This document shows, piece by piece, positions 54,026-63,538 of a stretch of 64,000 nt of DNA (positions are counted from its first letter, which is position 1; each line of letters starts with the position of its first letter). The DNA is from a virus: the IMG/VR virus record IMGVR_UViG_3300025581_000001, positions 56,727 through 120,726 of that record; one strand, given 5' to 3'. The position numbers and the translations under genes are program-made. The notes under the pieces were generated by a model. The model worked only from the letters and a program-made list of their open reading frames with translations. It ran no database searches and was not told the origin of the DNA.

Positions 54026-55504
54026 ATGAGCATGAAACACTTACTCATATTTTGTGTATTGCTGGTTGCTTCTTACGTGGGCGCTCAAGCTGTGACTCCG
54101 GGCACGCTCTGCACTGCGAAATGGCATCCATACGGAGGGGCAATTAGTTCCGGCTCGAAGACATTTACTTCGAGTTACGCTGATTTCACAAAGGCTGGCG
54201 TTAAACTGCATCTCTTGGTTTCTGGTGCTGGCGCGTCGGGCGTGGACTTAATTACGACTTGCAGTACCCAGCGCGACGGAACTTGTATAACCAGCGATGC
54301 AGCTAGCACGCCCGTCACCAACGCCGCTTTCGTGTTCGGCGCAAGCGTAGACGATACTGTTGCTCTTAGGAAGGTTATCGCGGCAGGTGGTCGTATTGTC
54401 TTACCTGCTGGCGTTTGTCCTATCTCGTCTACGCTAACCATCAATTTGCCCGACGATAGCAGCGTTGGAATGGTAATCGAAGGCGGCGGAAATTTTGCCA
54501 GTACGACTCTCCTGTGGATAGGCGCAGCGGGTACAAGCGGAGCTACAGGCCCAAACATTATTGCGGTGGGGGACGGCTTGGCGGTCGGCCCTGGCCCCGT
54601 AAAGGTGGACGGAGTTCAGTTCACTTCTCTTGATGCGGCGCACAAGGCTGGCGGAGGATTGCGGTGGTTGAACGGCGGACTAGACGAAGTTACCAACAGC
54701 CTATTTGGTCTTTTGTCTGATGGTGTGAGTGCCAGCAATAACATGAAGTCGCGCATCGACTTTAACCATTTTGCTAGAACCACGCGAGATGCGATTGCTT
54801 TCGACGCAGGGCAAGGTGGCCCAGTCAATTCGACTTCTGTAATTTTCAATGAGTTCTATTACTGTGGGCGCTACTGCTTCGAGAACACCAGCGGTGGAAG
54901 TGGCGGGTCGAATGTCAACTGGGTCGCTTTCAATGATTTTGAAGGACAAATTGCCGATAAAACCTTGGGAATGTTTTACTCCATCGGTGCGCGAGAAGTA
55001 TATGCATTCAACCGCCACGAGGATGGTGTCCATTCTGCACCCACATATCGCACTGCAACCTTTGGAGCGCAGGCGCGAGTTCTAGGGAACGCCTTCAATC
55101 AAATCCCTACTGCAGACTACACGATAGAGTTCCTCGTTGGTGGTGAGAGCCACCTCAGCGCGAACACCTACAACGGCAGTAGCAGTCTCGGGGTAGCCGA
55201 ATTTGATGCTGGAGGGGCTTTTGGTTCTACCAGCTCCAGTGAGGAGTTGGCATACGGAGCAGTTGGAGGAACCTTCGGCCCATATGTTCAATTTGCTGTG
55301 AGTGGGAGGGGTTTAGTTGCGGGGAACTTAACGAAGGCCGTGGCTAATGGGGCATTGCCCCCAACACTAGGGGATGCTGGAATCTCGGCGGCAAATGTGG
55401 TTACTACCTGCGCCGGATCAAATGCGGTGGGTCACGCAACTTGCTGGAAGACCGGAACTACTGTTGGCTATGTGGCCCCGGACGGAACATGCGTATGCAA
55501 CTGA
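54026..55504 (+). CDS. Secreted right-handed beta-helix (pectate lyase/tailspike-like) protein
   Basis: Signal peptide; DDTVALRKVI...IVLPAGV..ISSTL...IEG pattern; N-rich beta-helix repeats. Confidence 0.75.
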   Translation: MSMKHLLIFCVLLVASYVGAQAVTPGTLCTAKWHPYGGAISSGSKTFTSSYADFTKAGVKLHLLVSGAGASGVDLITTCSTQRDGTCITSDAASTPVTNAAFVFGASVDDTVALRKVIAAGGRIVLPAGVCPISSTLTINLPDDSSVGMVIEGGGNFASTTLLWIGAAGTSGATGPNIIAVGDGLAVGPGPVKVDGVQFTSLDAAHKAGGGLRWLNGGLDEVTNSLFGLLSDGVSASNNMKSRIDFNHFARTTRDAIAFDAGQGGPVNSTSVIFNEFYYCGRYCFENTSGGSGGSNVNWVAFNDFEGQIADKTLGMFYSIGAREVYAFNRHEDGVHSAPTYRTATFGAQARVLGNAFNQIPTADYTIEFLVGGESHLSANTYNGSSSLGVAEFDAGGAFGSTSSSEELAYGAVGGTFGPYVQFAVSGRGLVAGNLTKAVANGALPPTLGDAGISAANVVTTCAGSNAVGHATCWKTGTTVGYVAPDGTCVCN

Positions 55505-55989
55505 TGCGCACGGGAATTCGAACAGTATGCGATTTTCTCTGGATTCACCGAGATCGCCTTCGCAGCGTGGCGGTCGATGAACTTCCGGATTCACTGGCTC
55601 AACGCCGTCTCTATCTCATCGGCAGCGGCGTTCCATGGTCAGCAGCGCTCCTTTGTCCGTGTGGTTGCGGCGAGGTGATCCAGCTCAGTCTGTTGCCCGA
55701 CGACTCACCAAGTTGGACGGTCAGCTTTGATCGCGACGGGTTGCCAACACTTTCTCCTTCGGTTTGGCGGACGAAGGGATGCCGTTCGCATTTCTTTTTG
55801 CGGCGTGGGGCGATCGTATGGCACCGGGGCAGAGAGGTCGTTCATCGGCACGCGCGTTAAGCATTTGTGCTGAGGCGCGCTGGTTCAGGCTTGGAACCCG
55901 GTCCCGGCCGCGGTGGCCGCGCTTTGCTGCCAGAGGTGTTGGCTATGTGGCCCCGGACGGAACATGCACCTGCAACTGATGAGCATGGG
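55462..55989. repeat. 53-bp imperfect direct repeat (55462-55514 and 55937-55989) flanking a DUF6527-like gene
   Basis: First 31 bp identical (TGTTGGCTATGTGGCCCCGGACGGAACATGC); 5 mismatches in total. Confidence 0.9.
55504..55860 (+). CDS. DUF6527-like protein
   Basis: LCPCGCGE.I.L...W.......PTLSPSV....GCRSHFFLRRG.IVW. Confidence 0.75.
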   Translation: MRTGIRTVCDFLWIHRDRLRSVAVDELPDSLAQRRLYLIGSGVPWSAALLCPCGCGEVIQLSLLPDDSPSWTVSFDRDGLPTLSPSVWRTKGCRSHFFLRRGAIVWHRGREVVHRHAR

Positions 55990-56016
55990 TAGGAAGAGCA
56001 TGACAAAGGAGTATAT

Positions 56017-58917
56017 ATGAAAATCTTTTTCAAGATCATCGCAGCCTTGGCGTTGTTGTCTCTGCCACTATGGGCGCAGATCACGAATGTCCAGTGCGGC
56101 AATGACGTCACTAATACATGGACCGCCTGCCCAGCCAATCCCCCGTATCCGCCGACTACGACAGTCGGAGGCATCGACACGACCCAGCCCAGCACTGGCG
56201 CATTTGTAGCCTTCAAGTGGCAGACTCCAACTTGCTCCTCGACGGTCTTGGTGTGGATTCGTGACATCAACCACGTTTCCGAGCGTTATTTTCAAGGCGA
56301 TGCTGGGGGAAACGACGGCTGTGCTCCCGGTTATGCGAAGAACCACAGCGTTCGCGCCGATCATTTGGTTCCTTCTTATGATGGACTGACGGTGCTTGGT
56401 AATCAGCTAAAACCGTTCAGTCTTAGTCAGCACGGTACGTTCTTCTATGTCGCATCTCAAGACCAGAATCACACTGGGGCGAATGATCTGTGGATTACTC
56501 TTGGTGGGCCGTGTATGGCTGATACGATGCACGGTTGCGCTCCCTATGGCGTGGCGCTCCCGATTCCCGATACCACCCAAAGTCCTGTGTGGGGTCTGTG
56601 GATTTACGGGGCACAGAACGTCTATCAGGGCGACGATCTGTGGCTGGCTCTATTTAATGTGCTCGCTCAAGGGCCGGGAGCAGGCTCTGTTGTCATGCCG
56701 TGGAGCAGTGTTCAGTGGACACGATTGACGATGCCGGACGGCTCGGCCTGTATGAGCAATTGTGCCGACGTTCAGGATGGGAGGGTTTTCAATCTCGACC
56801 TTCAGCTTGTCGATTCGCAAGCGTTCTCGGATTCTCCGGGTTCAGACTATACAACCTACATGATTGATAGTGCAAAGCACTGGGACTGGTCTTATGCTGG
56901 TAACTTCAGGGCGCTGACAGGTACTCAAGCCCTTCGCGTGAGATTGAACTGTAACGGCCACGGTTCGCAAGCAGCTTGCGGTCAGGCGGCTCCGACGCCG
57001 CTTGGCAGCTATAAGATGCAAGCGCAGTTTCAGCCCTTGGCTGGACGCGATACCGGAGCAGTAGTAGGACAGCCGATCACGCTGAGCTATACGTTCACGG
57101 TGAGTCCGATGCCGACGCCGTTTGTGGCTAATCCACCAGCGTGTCTTGCAGCAGGAAACTGTCCGCCTGTACCTTGTGAATTGAGCGGAAGTTGCGGTGG
57201 CTATAACTACGAAGACGAGATTAAGAATTGGGGAGTAATCAACTGCACTGGTGGCCCTCGCACATGGATGAGCCGCCTTAGTCGAGAATACACTTACTCG
57301 ATTGGCAACATGGATGTCAACGCTTATGGTGCGAACACTTCAACGGAGCTTGCTGGACAGTGGAACTACGACAACACGCGGGCTTATTTGGATGCAGCGG
57401 ATCGTGCTGACCTGAAAGGATGGGCTGTGCCAGCAGGAGCATCGCTGCAACCTAACGGCCAGCCTTATCCAAGCGCCGGAGCCTACTTCCGTCACTGCGC
57501 GTCGATATCAGGACAGGCGTACCGAGATTTCTACGCCGGAGTTGGAGCGGCAGGAACATTGTGGCCGGGCGGAACGCTGCGCGAATGGAACATTTTTCCG
57601 AACGGCGCGGCTATGCTTTCGGAGCGGACGGGCAGCATCGAGGCCAAGCAAGCGGTGCTTAACATGGGGTCGATGGGTGGAACTGGCGGGACGAAGCAAG
57701 GCAGCACAATCTATCGGTACTTCCCTCTTACAGCATATGACCAAGCACGGCAAACACCTTATCAGATGAATGCTATTCTAGCCGCTTGGCAAATCAACAA
57801 CTCAATTTCTGCAATGGATAGGTATCAGTTAAAGCGATTAGCCACGACGTTGATGGGAGGATTTGACCAGACTATCAACAATGACCCTTATGGTCGCAAC
57901 TACGGCAGCATCCAGCATCCTCAGACATGGCCTTTCGGTATGATAAACAGGAATTACATGTTGGGTGTTGGTATGGAAGCCCTGGCTGAATACTACGATT
58001 GGCAAGGTGTTGTAGGAGAACCGCAAGACCCACGCATACCTGTAGCGATCAAGGCCATGCTAGATTATATGTGGAACCGCATGTGGGCAGTGAATTCCAG
58101 TGGCTATCATGCTTTCTACTATGACGGTTACGATCTTCCACACGGCCCCAGCATTGACAACGATGGTTTTACTTTGTTGAACAACATTGTGTGTTCATCC
58201 TTCGCGTGGTACTGGGCTAAGTCAGGTGACGACACCTATCGAACACGGGGTGACGACTGCTGGCAGAACGGAGTTGGACAGTCTGCTCAAGGACAGATTT
58301 ACTTCACTGGTAAAGACTTCGGGCAGATGAACAAAGCGGCTGCGGATTACATCGGTTACCGTTCCAAAGCTGGATTCCTGTCTTCTACTTTTCCTGCAAG
58401 CAATCCTCCGGTGCCGGGTGGAGTCCCGGATACGGTTCCACCTGTTTCGCGTCCGATGGTGATGACGAATACGACGACGACGGATTCACCTGTAGATCAA
58501 TTTACTGGAGTGAAACCAGTAACAGCCATCACTAGCTCATCGGTGAAGCTAACATGGAGCACCTACAAGCAACTGCAAAGAGTTGAAGTGGACTACGGTT
58601 CAACTGCCAACTACGGTTCAGTCGCTCTTGGAGTTAGCACTTCATGCACTGCGATCAATGAGTGCCACATAGGTTGCAGCACGGTGGTTGGCTCAATCGG
58701 GCAGTCGATCTGCAACGAGTCCTATTGGAACACGGTAACGATCAGCGGGTTGCTACCAAGTAGCACCTATCATTTCCGTGTGCTTGGCAAGGACATGTTT
58801 GGGAACATAGCCGTATCGAACACATTTCCCGGAACAACCGGGTCGAACAAGGACTTCACATTTGTGACGGCAGCGGGTGGCTCCAAGCCTCCAGCTCCGC
58901 AACTGACGGTGCAATAA
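56017..58917 (+). CDS. Large secreted Cys-rich protein with FN3-like ends and a helical (alpha/alpha-toroid, glycosidase-like) core
   Basis: Signal peptide MKIFFKIIAALALLSLPLWA-Q; C-terminal TSSSVKLTWST...VDYG...ISGLLPSSTYHFRV; central WYWAKSGDDTYR. Confidence 0.65.
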   Translation: MKIFFKIIAALALLSLPLWAQITNVQCGNDVTNTWTACPANPPYPPTTTVGGIDTTQPSTGAFVAFKWQTPTCSSTVLVWIRDINHVSERYFQGDAGGNDGCAPGYAKNHSVRADHLVPSYDGLTVLGNQLKPFSLSQHGTFFYVASQDQNHTGANDLWITLGGPCMADTMHGCAPYGVALPIPDTTQSPVWGLWIYGAQNVYQGDDLWLALFNVLAQGPGAGSVVMPWSSVQWTRLTMPDGSACMSNCADVQDGRVFNLDLQLVDSQAFSDSPGSDYTTYMIDSAKHWDWSYAGNFRALTGTQALRVRLNCNGHGSQAACGQAAPTPLGSYKMQAQFQPLAGRDTGAVVGQPITLSYTFTVSPMPTPFVANPPACLAAGNCPPVPCELSGSCGGYNYEDEIKNWGVINCTGGPRTWMSRLSREYTYSIGNMDVNAYGANTSTELAGQWNYDNTRAYLDAADRADLKGWAVPAGASLQPNGQPYPSAGAYFRHCASISGQAYRDFYAGVGAAGTLWPGGTLREWNIFPNGAAMLSERTGSIEAKQAVLNMGSMGGTGGTKQGSTIYRYFPLTAYDQARQTPYQMNAILAAWQINNSISAMDRYQLKRLATTLMGGFDQTINNDPYGRNYGSIQHPQTWPFGMINRNYMLGVGMEALAEYYDWQGVVGEPQDPRIPVAIKAMLDYMWNRMWAVNSSGYHAFYYDGYDLPHGPSIDNDGFTLLNNIVCSSFAWYWAKSGDDTYRTRGDDCWQNGVGQSAQGQIYFTGKDFGQMNKAAADYIGYRSKAGFLSSTFPASNPPVPGGVPDTVPPVSRPMVMTNTTTTDSPVDQFTGVKPVTAITSSSVKLTWSTYKQLQRVEVDYGSTANYGSVALGVSTSCTAINECHIGCSTVVGSIGQSICNESYWNTVTISGLLPSSTYHFRVLGKDMFGNIAVSNTFPGTTGSNKDFTFVTAAGGSKPPAPQLTVQ

Positions 58918-58928
58918 GGAGAATCATT

Positions 58929-59324
58929 ATGAAAAAGATTGGTTTGCTTCTCGTGCTGGTATTCACGATGTCGGCGATCACCGTTTCGCAAGAGCGAGCG
59001 ATAACCCAAGGGCCAGTTAAGTCATCCCCTGCAACGCCCGGACAGATCCAAGGCCCCAAGTTGTCATGGTCGGACACACAGAGCTGCGATAGCTTTAATA
59101 TCTACCGGGGAACAGCACCGGGCGGCGAAGGGACGGTGCCGTATATGTCGTTTCCGGGAACCATCCTTAGCTACCAGGACAGTGCTGTAACTTGTACAAG
59201 TCCGCCGACGACTTATTACTATGTGGCAACGTGTGTGGCTGGTGGCAACGAATCCCCTGTCTCAAATGAGGGCAGCAAGCAGGTTGTCTGTCCCACACCT
59301 CCGAAGTTGAACCCGGTGCAGTAG
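58929..59324 (+). CDS. Secreted single FN3-like domain protein (paralog of 53681-54019)
   Basis: Signal peptide; PGQIQG..LSW...FNIYRGTAPGGE...TYYYVAT...ESPVSNE. Confidence 0.7.
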   Translation: MKKIGLLLVLVFTMSAITVSQERAITQGPVKSSPATPGQIQGPKLSWSDTQSCDSFNIYRGTAPGGEGTVPYMSFPGTILSYQDSAVTCTSPPTTYYYVATCVAGGNESPVSNEGSKQVVCPTPPKLNPVQ

Positions 59325-59327
59325 GCG

Positions 59328-61388
59328 ATGAATCTTGCAAGCGCAGTCGCGATAGTCGCCGGTGGGCCGGGCTCAGGTCGCAAGCCAGAGTTCGGTTCAC
59401 CGCAGTCTAAGAAGGCTGCGTGGCTCGATAAGCGACAGACGTCGATCTTCGGCCCCAAGCATGCCGAGGAGATACAGAAGAACGCCAAGCTGAAGAAGGA
59501 TCTGGATGCGTTCGGCACTGCCACTGGAGTGACCAAGGCGTGGGACACGCGAGGGCGCGGTCGGACTGGTGAGTTAGACTCACTGCGCGACTTGCACGAT
59601 GGCATTAAACAAATGCTGCTAAGTGGCAACCATGAAGAGATGTTTCAGGCGCAGCGTTCCAAGATGGCAGCATTGGTAGACGGTGCGAGAAAAGTTGCGT
59701 CCGATGCGCCGATGATTAAGATGGCGAGTCAGCAGATGGCGCGAGCCAATAGCTTCGCTCGTCAGGGCGACCACAAAATGGCGCTGGCCTATCAGGACTC
59801 TGCGCTGACGGCGGTGCACCACTGGTTGAATGGGCGACAAGGAACCCTGAACGCGAGTAGTGGTTGGATAGGCTTCGACTTCGACGGCACGCTGGCCGAT
59901 GCGGTGATTCCGTTCGATCCGGCCAAGACCGGCAGGCCGATCAAGAAGATGCTCGACCTGCTCAAGGCGTACCTGAAGCAGGGCACTGAGGTGAGGATAT
60001 TCTCTGCTCGCGTGGGCAATGACCCTGTGGGCCGCGATGCGATAGACAAGTGGTGTTTGAAGTACGTCGGGCGCAAGCTGCCCATCACCGACAAGAAAGA
60101 CCACCTGATGATGAAGCTTTATGATGACAAGGCGGTGAACCCCAAGGACTTGAGTGCGGGCGGGCCGGGCAGTGGTAGGCATAAGGAAGTATGGGATATG
60201 ACTCGTTCGGAGTTTGCTGGAACAAAAGCATTTGGACATCCGATGGGTACCAAAGGTGGGCAGTCAATTGCGGAGACATTTCAGAAAGTGGGGGATGCGA
60301 CTCAGGGGCGTGATAATGCAATACGAAATGCTCTTGCAAAGTTCCCCGATGGAACTGAGATAAAAGGTTGGAAGAAAATCACAACCGGGGGCGATGTATT
60401 TTGGCAGAAGGGTAGTAGAGTGGTGTTCAATTTACATAAAGAGATTGGAACCGATGCTGCTCATCAAGCGGTTCTGAAAGTTAAAGACCTCAAAGCCTAC
60501 GGCACATCCGAAGGCGTGACCAAGTCGTGGGACATCCGTGGCCGCTCGCGAGCACGCGTAGGTGAACTGCTGAAGCAGGGTGGATGGAAGACCAAGTACG
60601 CGTCGACGGAGTGGGCGCAATTCCACCGGCCCGGACAGCCGGGGGTGCTGATAGTGAATCGCTACTTCGACAGGTGGCAGCACAAGGACGACGCAGGCAA
60701 GCGACTGGCGTCGGGTGATAGCTTGGCGTCGCTGGCCGACTATATGGAGAAGCTGCACGGCAAGCAGATGCAAGCTTCCGGTACAAGTGAAGGTGCGAAG
60801 AAGGCGTGGGACACCCGAGGACGTGGCAAGAACACCATGCCAGAGCGCGAGCAGAAAGTGCGGGCCAAGAAGACAGTGCTGCTGCCGTCGGGTGCTATGG
60901 TTTACGTGGGCCGACCGCACGCACCGCAGGACAGGCCACTGACGCCGCCCAAGCAGGGCGTCTACCCGGTCGGCAAGCACGGAGGCTACGGTGGCGTGAA
61001 AGTTTCCAAGGGGCGGCTGTGGCCGGAGCAGGCATACTGGCGCAATGGAGTGCCCGATGCTGGTTTGCATCCTTTGAAGGACAAGTTTACTGAAGCCAAC
61101 CGGCAGTTGAATCCGAAGGACTACACTATCGAGAAGCGCAATGCATACTTGAGTGATCAGTCGACGCAAGTCTACGCAGCGCTCGACCATGCAGGCGATA
61201 GAGGCGCGACTGTGTTCGTCGAGCCTGGCAGGGTTGTCGAGTTCAATCACGACTCGGCAGGCCGCTTGCAGTACGGGCGCAAGCTGCTGCCGTCGCTGGG
61301 CGACACGCAGGTGGTGCGCTTCAACAGCGGACGGGCGCAGTCGACGTTCCTGCGGCAGCGATACGGAATTGAAAAGAAGGAGGAGTAG
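59328..61388 (+). CDS. Modular putative internal-virion polyprotein including a HAD phosphatase domain
   Basis: Repeated GGPGSGR and xGT(S/A)(E/T)GxxK(A/S)WDxRGR motifs; HAD motifs DFDGT, FSAR, LYDD. Confidence 0.7.
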   Translation: MNLASAVAIVAGGPGSGRKPEFGSPQSKKAAWLDKRQTSIFGPKHAEEIQKNAKLKKDLDAFGTATGVTKAWDTRGRGRTGELDSLRDLHDGIKQMLLSGNHEEMFQAQRSKMAALVDGARKVASDAPMIKMASQQMARANSFARQGDHKMALAYQDSALTAVHHWLNGRQGTLNASSGWIGFDFDGTLADAVIPFDPAKTGRPIKKMLDLLKAYLKQGTEVRIFSARVGNDPVGRDAIDKWCLKYVGRKLPITDKKDHLMMKLYDDKAVNPKDLSAGGPGSGRHKEVWDMTRSEFAGTKAFGHPMGTKGGQSIAETFQKVGDATQGRDNAIRNALAKFPDGTEIKGWKKITTGGDVFWQKGSRVVFNLHKEIGTDAAHQAVLKVKDLKAYGTSEGVTKSWDIRGRSRARVGELLKQGGWKTKYASTEWAQFHRPGQPGVLIVNRYFDRWQHKDDAGKRLASGDSLASLADYMEKLHGKQMQASGTSEGAKKAWDTRGRGKNTMPEREQKVRAKKTVLLPSGAMVYVGRPHAPQDRPLTPPKQGVYPVGKHGGYGGVKVSKGRLWPEQAYWRNGVPDAGLHPLKDKFTEANRQLNPKDYTIEKRNAYLSDQSTQVYAALDHAGDRGATVFVEPGRVVEFNHDSAGRLQYGRKLLPSLGDTQVVRFNSGRAQSTFLRQRYGIEKKEE

Positions 61389-61435
61389 CTGGTGGTAGCG
61401 AACGTAGAAAATGAATCCTTGGAAGGGGATACTCG

Positions 61436-61804
61436 ATGACCAACAGCGCTACCAACAGCGCACCAGGCAGCAACGGCAATGGCAATATTAAAGGCTTCTG
61501 GCGTGATCTTAGTATGCGCGAGGTTTTTCTATTGTTCCTTGCTCTTGGCCCGTCGCTTTTATTTATTGGTGGAGCTACGTGGCAGTTGCACTCGATTCAG
61601 ACCAACTATGTTACAAAGACCGAATTGCTACTTATGAGCTTAAATAGCCCGCAGGGGGTCACAGCAGAGCAGATTAAGGAACTGACCGATCAGCTTAAGT
61701 CGACATCGCAAGAGGTAGAAGCGTTACGCCAGATTGAAGAAAAGCATACGGCAGAACTGCAAAGGCAGAACGATGCATTACTCAGACAGGAGGGAAGGCG
61801 ATGA
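61436..61804 (+). CDS. Membrane-anchored coiled-coil protein
   Basis: One TM helix followed by heptad repeats. Confidence 0.55.
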   Translation: MTNSATNSAPGSNGNGNIKGFWRDLSMREVFLLFLALGPSLLFIGGATWQLHSIQTNYVTKTELLLMSLNSPQGVTAEQIKELTDQLKSTSQEVEALRQIEEKHTAELQRQNDALLRQEGRR

Positions 61805-62325
61805 TACATAGATTGGTCGTAGTGGCTATGTTGTGTTTGCCGTTGTTGGCCAGCGATAAGATTAACGACAAGGACAAGATCACGAAGCTGATAGCTTTTA
61901 GGAAGGATTTTGTCGCTAACATCGTTGCTCTACAGGGAGCGGAGACCGAATTGTATGAGCAGCGAGTTCCTGCTGTTCAGAAGGCAAGCGGCGCGTGCTG
62001 GGTCTGCCTGCCACCTTATCTTGCTACAGGGAAAGACGAGAAAGGAGTGTTGGTTTGTAAGGCTGGCGCGATTAGCCCATCAGAACATAAGAGTCTGTCA
62101 TTGCTCATTTCACAGCTGCTTATCACTGAGCGATCTATGCAAGATGCGATCAATGCTGGCAATGCGAAGGTCGCGGTTACCAGGATAGATGTCAGCGACG
62201 TAGCTATGCAGCAGTTGCTCGACAGAATTAAGCTGGTCAAGAATTCGACCAGTAGAGCACAGTTACAGTCTTTAGCGTTGCCAGCAAAGACCACGCTGGT
62301 AACGGCGAAGGCGATTTTGCAGTAA
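61801..62325 (+). CDS. Secreted helical protein
   Basis: Signal peptide MIHRLVVVAMLCLPLLA. Confidence 0.55.
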   Translation: MIHRLVVVAMLCLPLLASDKINDKDKITKLIAFRKDFVANIVALQGAETELYEQRVPAVQKASGACWVCLPPYLATGKDEKGVLVCKAGAISPSEHKSLSLLISQLLITERSMQDAINAGNAKVAVTRIDVSDVAMQQLLDRIKLVKNSTSRAQLQSLALPAKTTLVTAKAILQ

Positions 62326-62347
62326 GACAAATGAAAAAGGAGACAAA

Positions 62348-62944
62348 ATGAAATTACGAATCCTGATTGCAGCAGTTATCTTGACCGCCGTGTGCGCGGC
62401 CCAAACCTTAACGCCGGTGGAGCCACCCAAGTTCGAGTTCTTTGCTGGCTATAGTCGGTATATGCCGAGCGTTCATGTCACTGACATGTCATCGCTCCAG
62501 AGCACCGTTATCGGTGGTCTGAATGGTGGCAACGCCAGTCTGGACTTTAACCTGGGGCAGTCGCGCACCTTCGGGATCAAGGCTGACATCAGTGGCTACA
62601 CTACGTCGCACACCTTCCAAGGTATCAGTGGGAGTCCGAACACGTATATGTTCCTCGTCGGCCCGCAGATCAAGAAGCATTCTGGGCGGTTCAACCCGTT
62701 CGCTGAAGCACTGTTTGGTGTAGCTCGCCAGAACTCAGGCTTCACATTCAAAGGTGGATCGGATGCATTTGCTTTGAAATTCGGTGGCGGCATCGACTGG
62801 CAGGTAGCGCACCACTTCTTCATTCGACCTATTCAGGTTGATGGCGTGCTTACTACGTTTGGGAGTGGGACGGCAAACAGTTTCAGCTTCCACAACCGCG
62901 CGATCAGCGCTTCTGTTGGAGCTGGGCTGGGATTCACATTCTGA
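62348..62944 (+). CDS. Outer-membrane 8-stranded beta-barrel protein (OmpA/Ail/Lom-like)
   Basis: Signal peptide, alternating amphipathic strands (FEFFAGYS, FGGGIDW), C-terminal Phe (GLGFTF). Confidence 0.85.
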   Translation: MKLRILIAAVILTAVCAAQTLTPVEPPKFEFFAGYSRYMPSVHVTDMSSLQSTVIGGLNGGNASLDFNLGQSRTFGIKADISGYTTSHTFQGISGSPNTYMFLVGPQIKKHSGRFNPFAEALFGVARQNSGFTFKGGSDAFALKFGGGIDWQVAHHFFIRPIQVDGVLTTFGSGTANSFSFHNRAISASVGAGLGFTF

Positions 62945-62956
62945 AAGGTGGCTCCA

Positions 62957-63538
62957 ATGAGTCCAATTGCATACGAGCCGTCGCGGACTGAGCATCCCCA
63001 GCGGGTGCTCAGTATCCCGTCGCCTTTGGCGGGGACGTCGTGGGCAGGCAACGAAAGCATCATCGCTGACCTGCTCGACCGCTTTCACGTGGGCCGCAAG
63101 GTCGCATTGGAGTTCGGTGTTGAATTTGGTTACTCGGCGGTTGCGCTGTCGAACTTCTTCGACAAGGTGATTGGAGTCGACACCTTCCTTGGCGACGAGC
63201 ATTCGAACTTTCGGCCCGACTACTCTGATGACGCACGTCGTCTGTGTGCTCCCTATGACAACATCGAGCTGGTGCAGTCATCGTGGGAGGACTGGACGGC
63301 CAATGCAAGCCCGAAAGTAAAGTACGACTTTATCCACATCGACATCGTGCACAACTACCAGCCGACTTTCGACTGTGGGTTGTGGGCGGTCAAGCACGCG
63401 CCGGTCGTCATCTTTCATGACACCCTGAGCTTTCAAGACGTGATGCAGGCCTGTGAAGACTTGGCGGTGCAGTACGAGATGGACTTCTACAACTACGAGC
63501 AGAGCTATGGACTGGGGATTCTGGTTGGTGGCGTATGA
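62957..63538 (+). CDS. Class I SAM-dependent methyltransferase (Methyltransf_24-like)
   Basis: LEFGVEFGYS, GVDTF.GD, YDFIHIDIVHNY, IFHD. Confidence 0.85.
   Translation: MSPIAYEPSRTEHPQRVLSIPSPLAGTSWAGNESIIADLLDRFHVGRKVALEFGVEFGYSAVALSNFFDKVIGVDTFLGDEHSNFRPDYSDDARRLCAPYDNIELVQSSWEDWTANASPKVKYDFIHIDIVHNYQPTFDCGLWAVKHAPVVIFHDTLSFQDVMQACEDLAVQYEMDFYNYEQSYGLGILVGGV

Noticed and set aside
55462-55989. Diversity-generating retroelement TR/VR pair at the 3' end of a fibre-like gene
   Set aside because: The repeat is only 53 bp, mismatches are not confined to adenines, and no reverse transcriptase is in the window.
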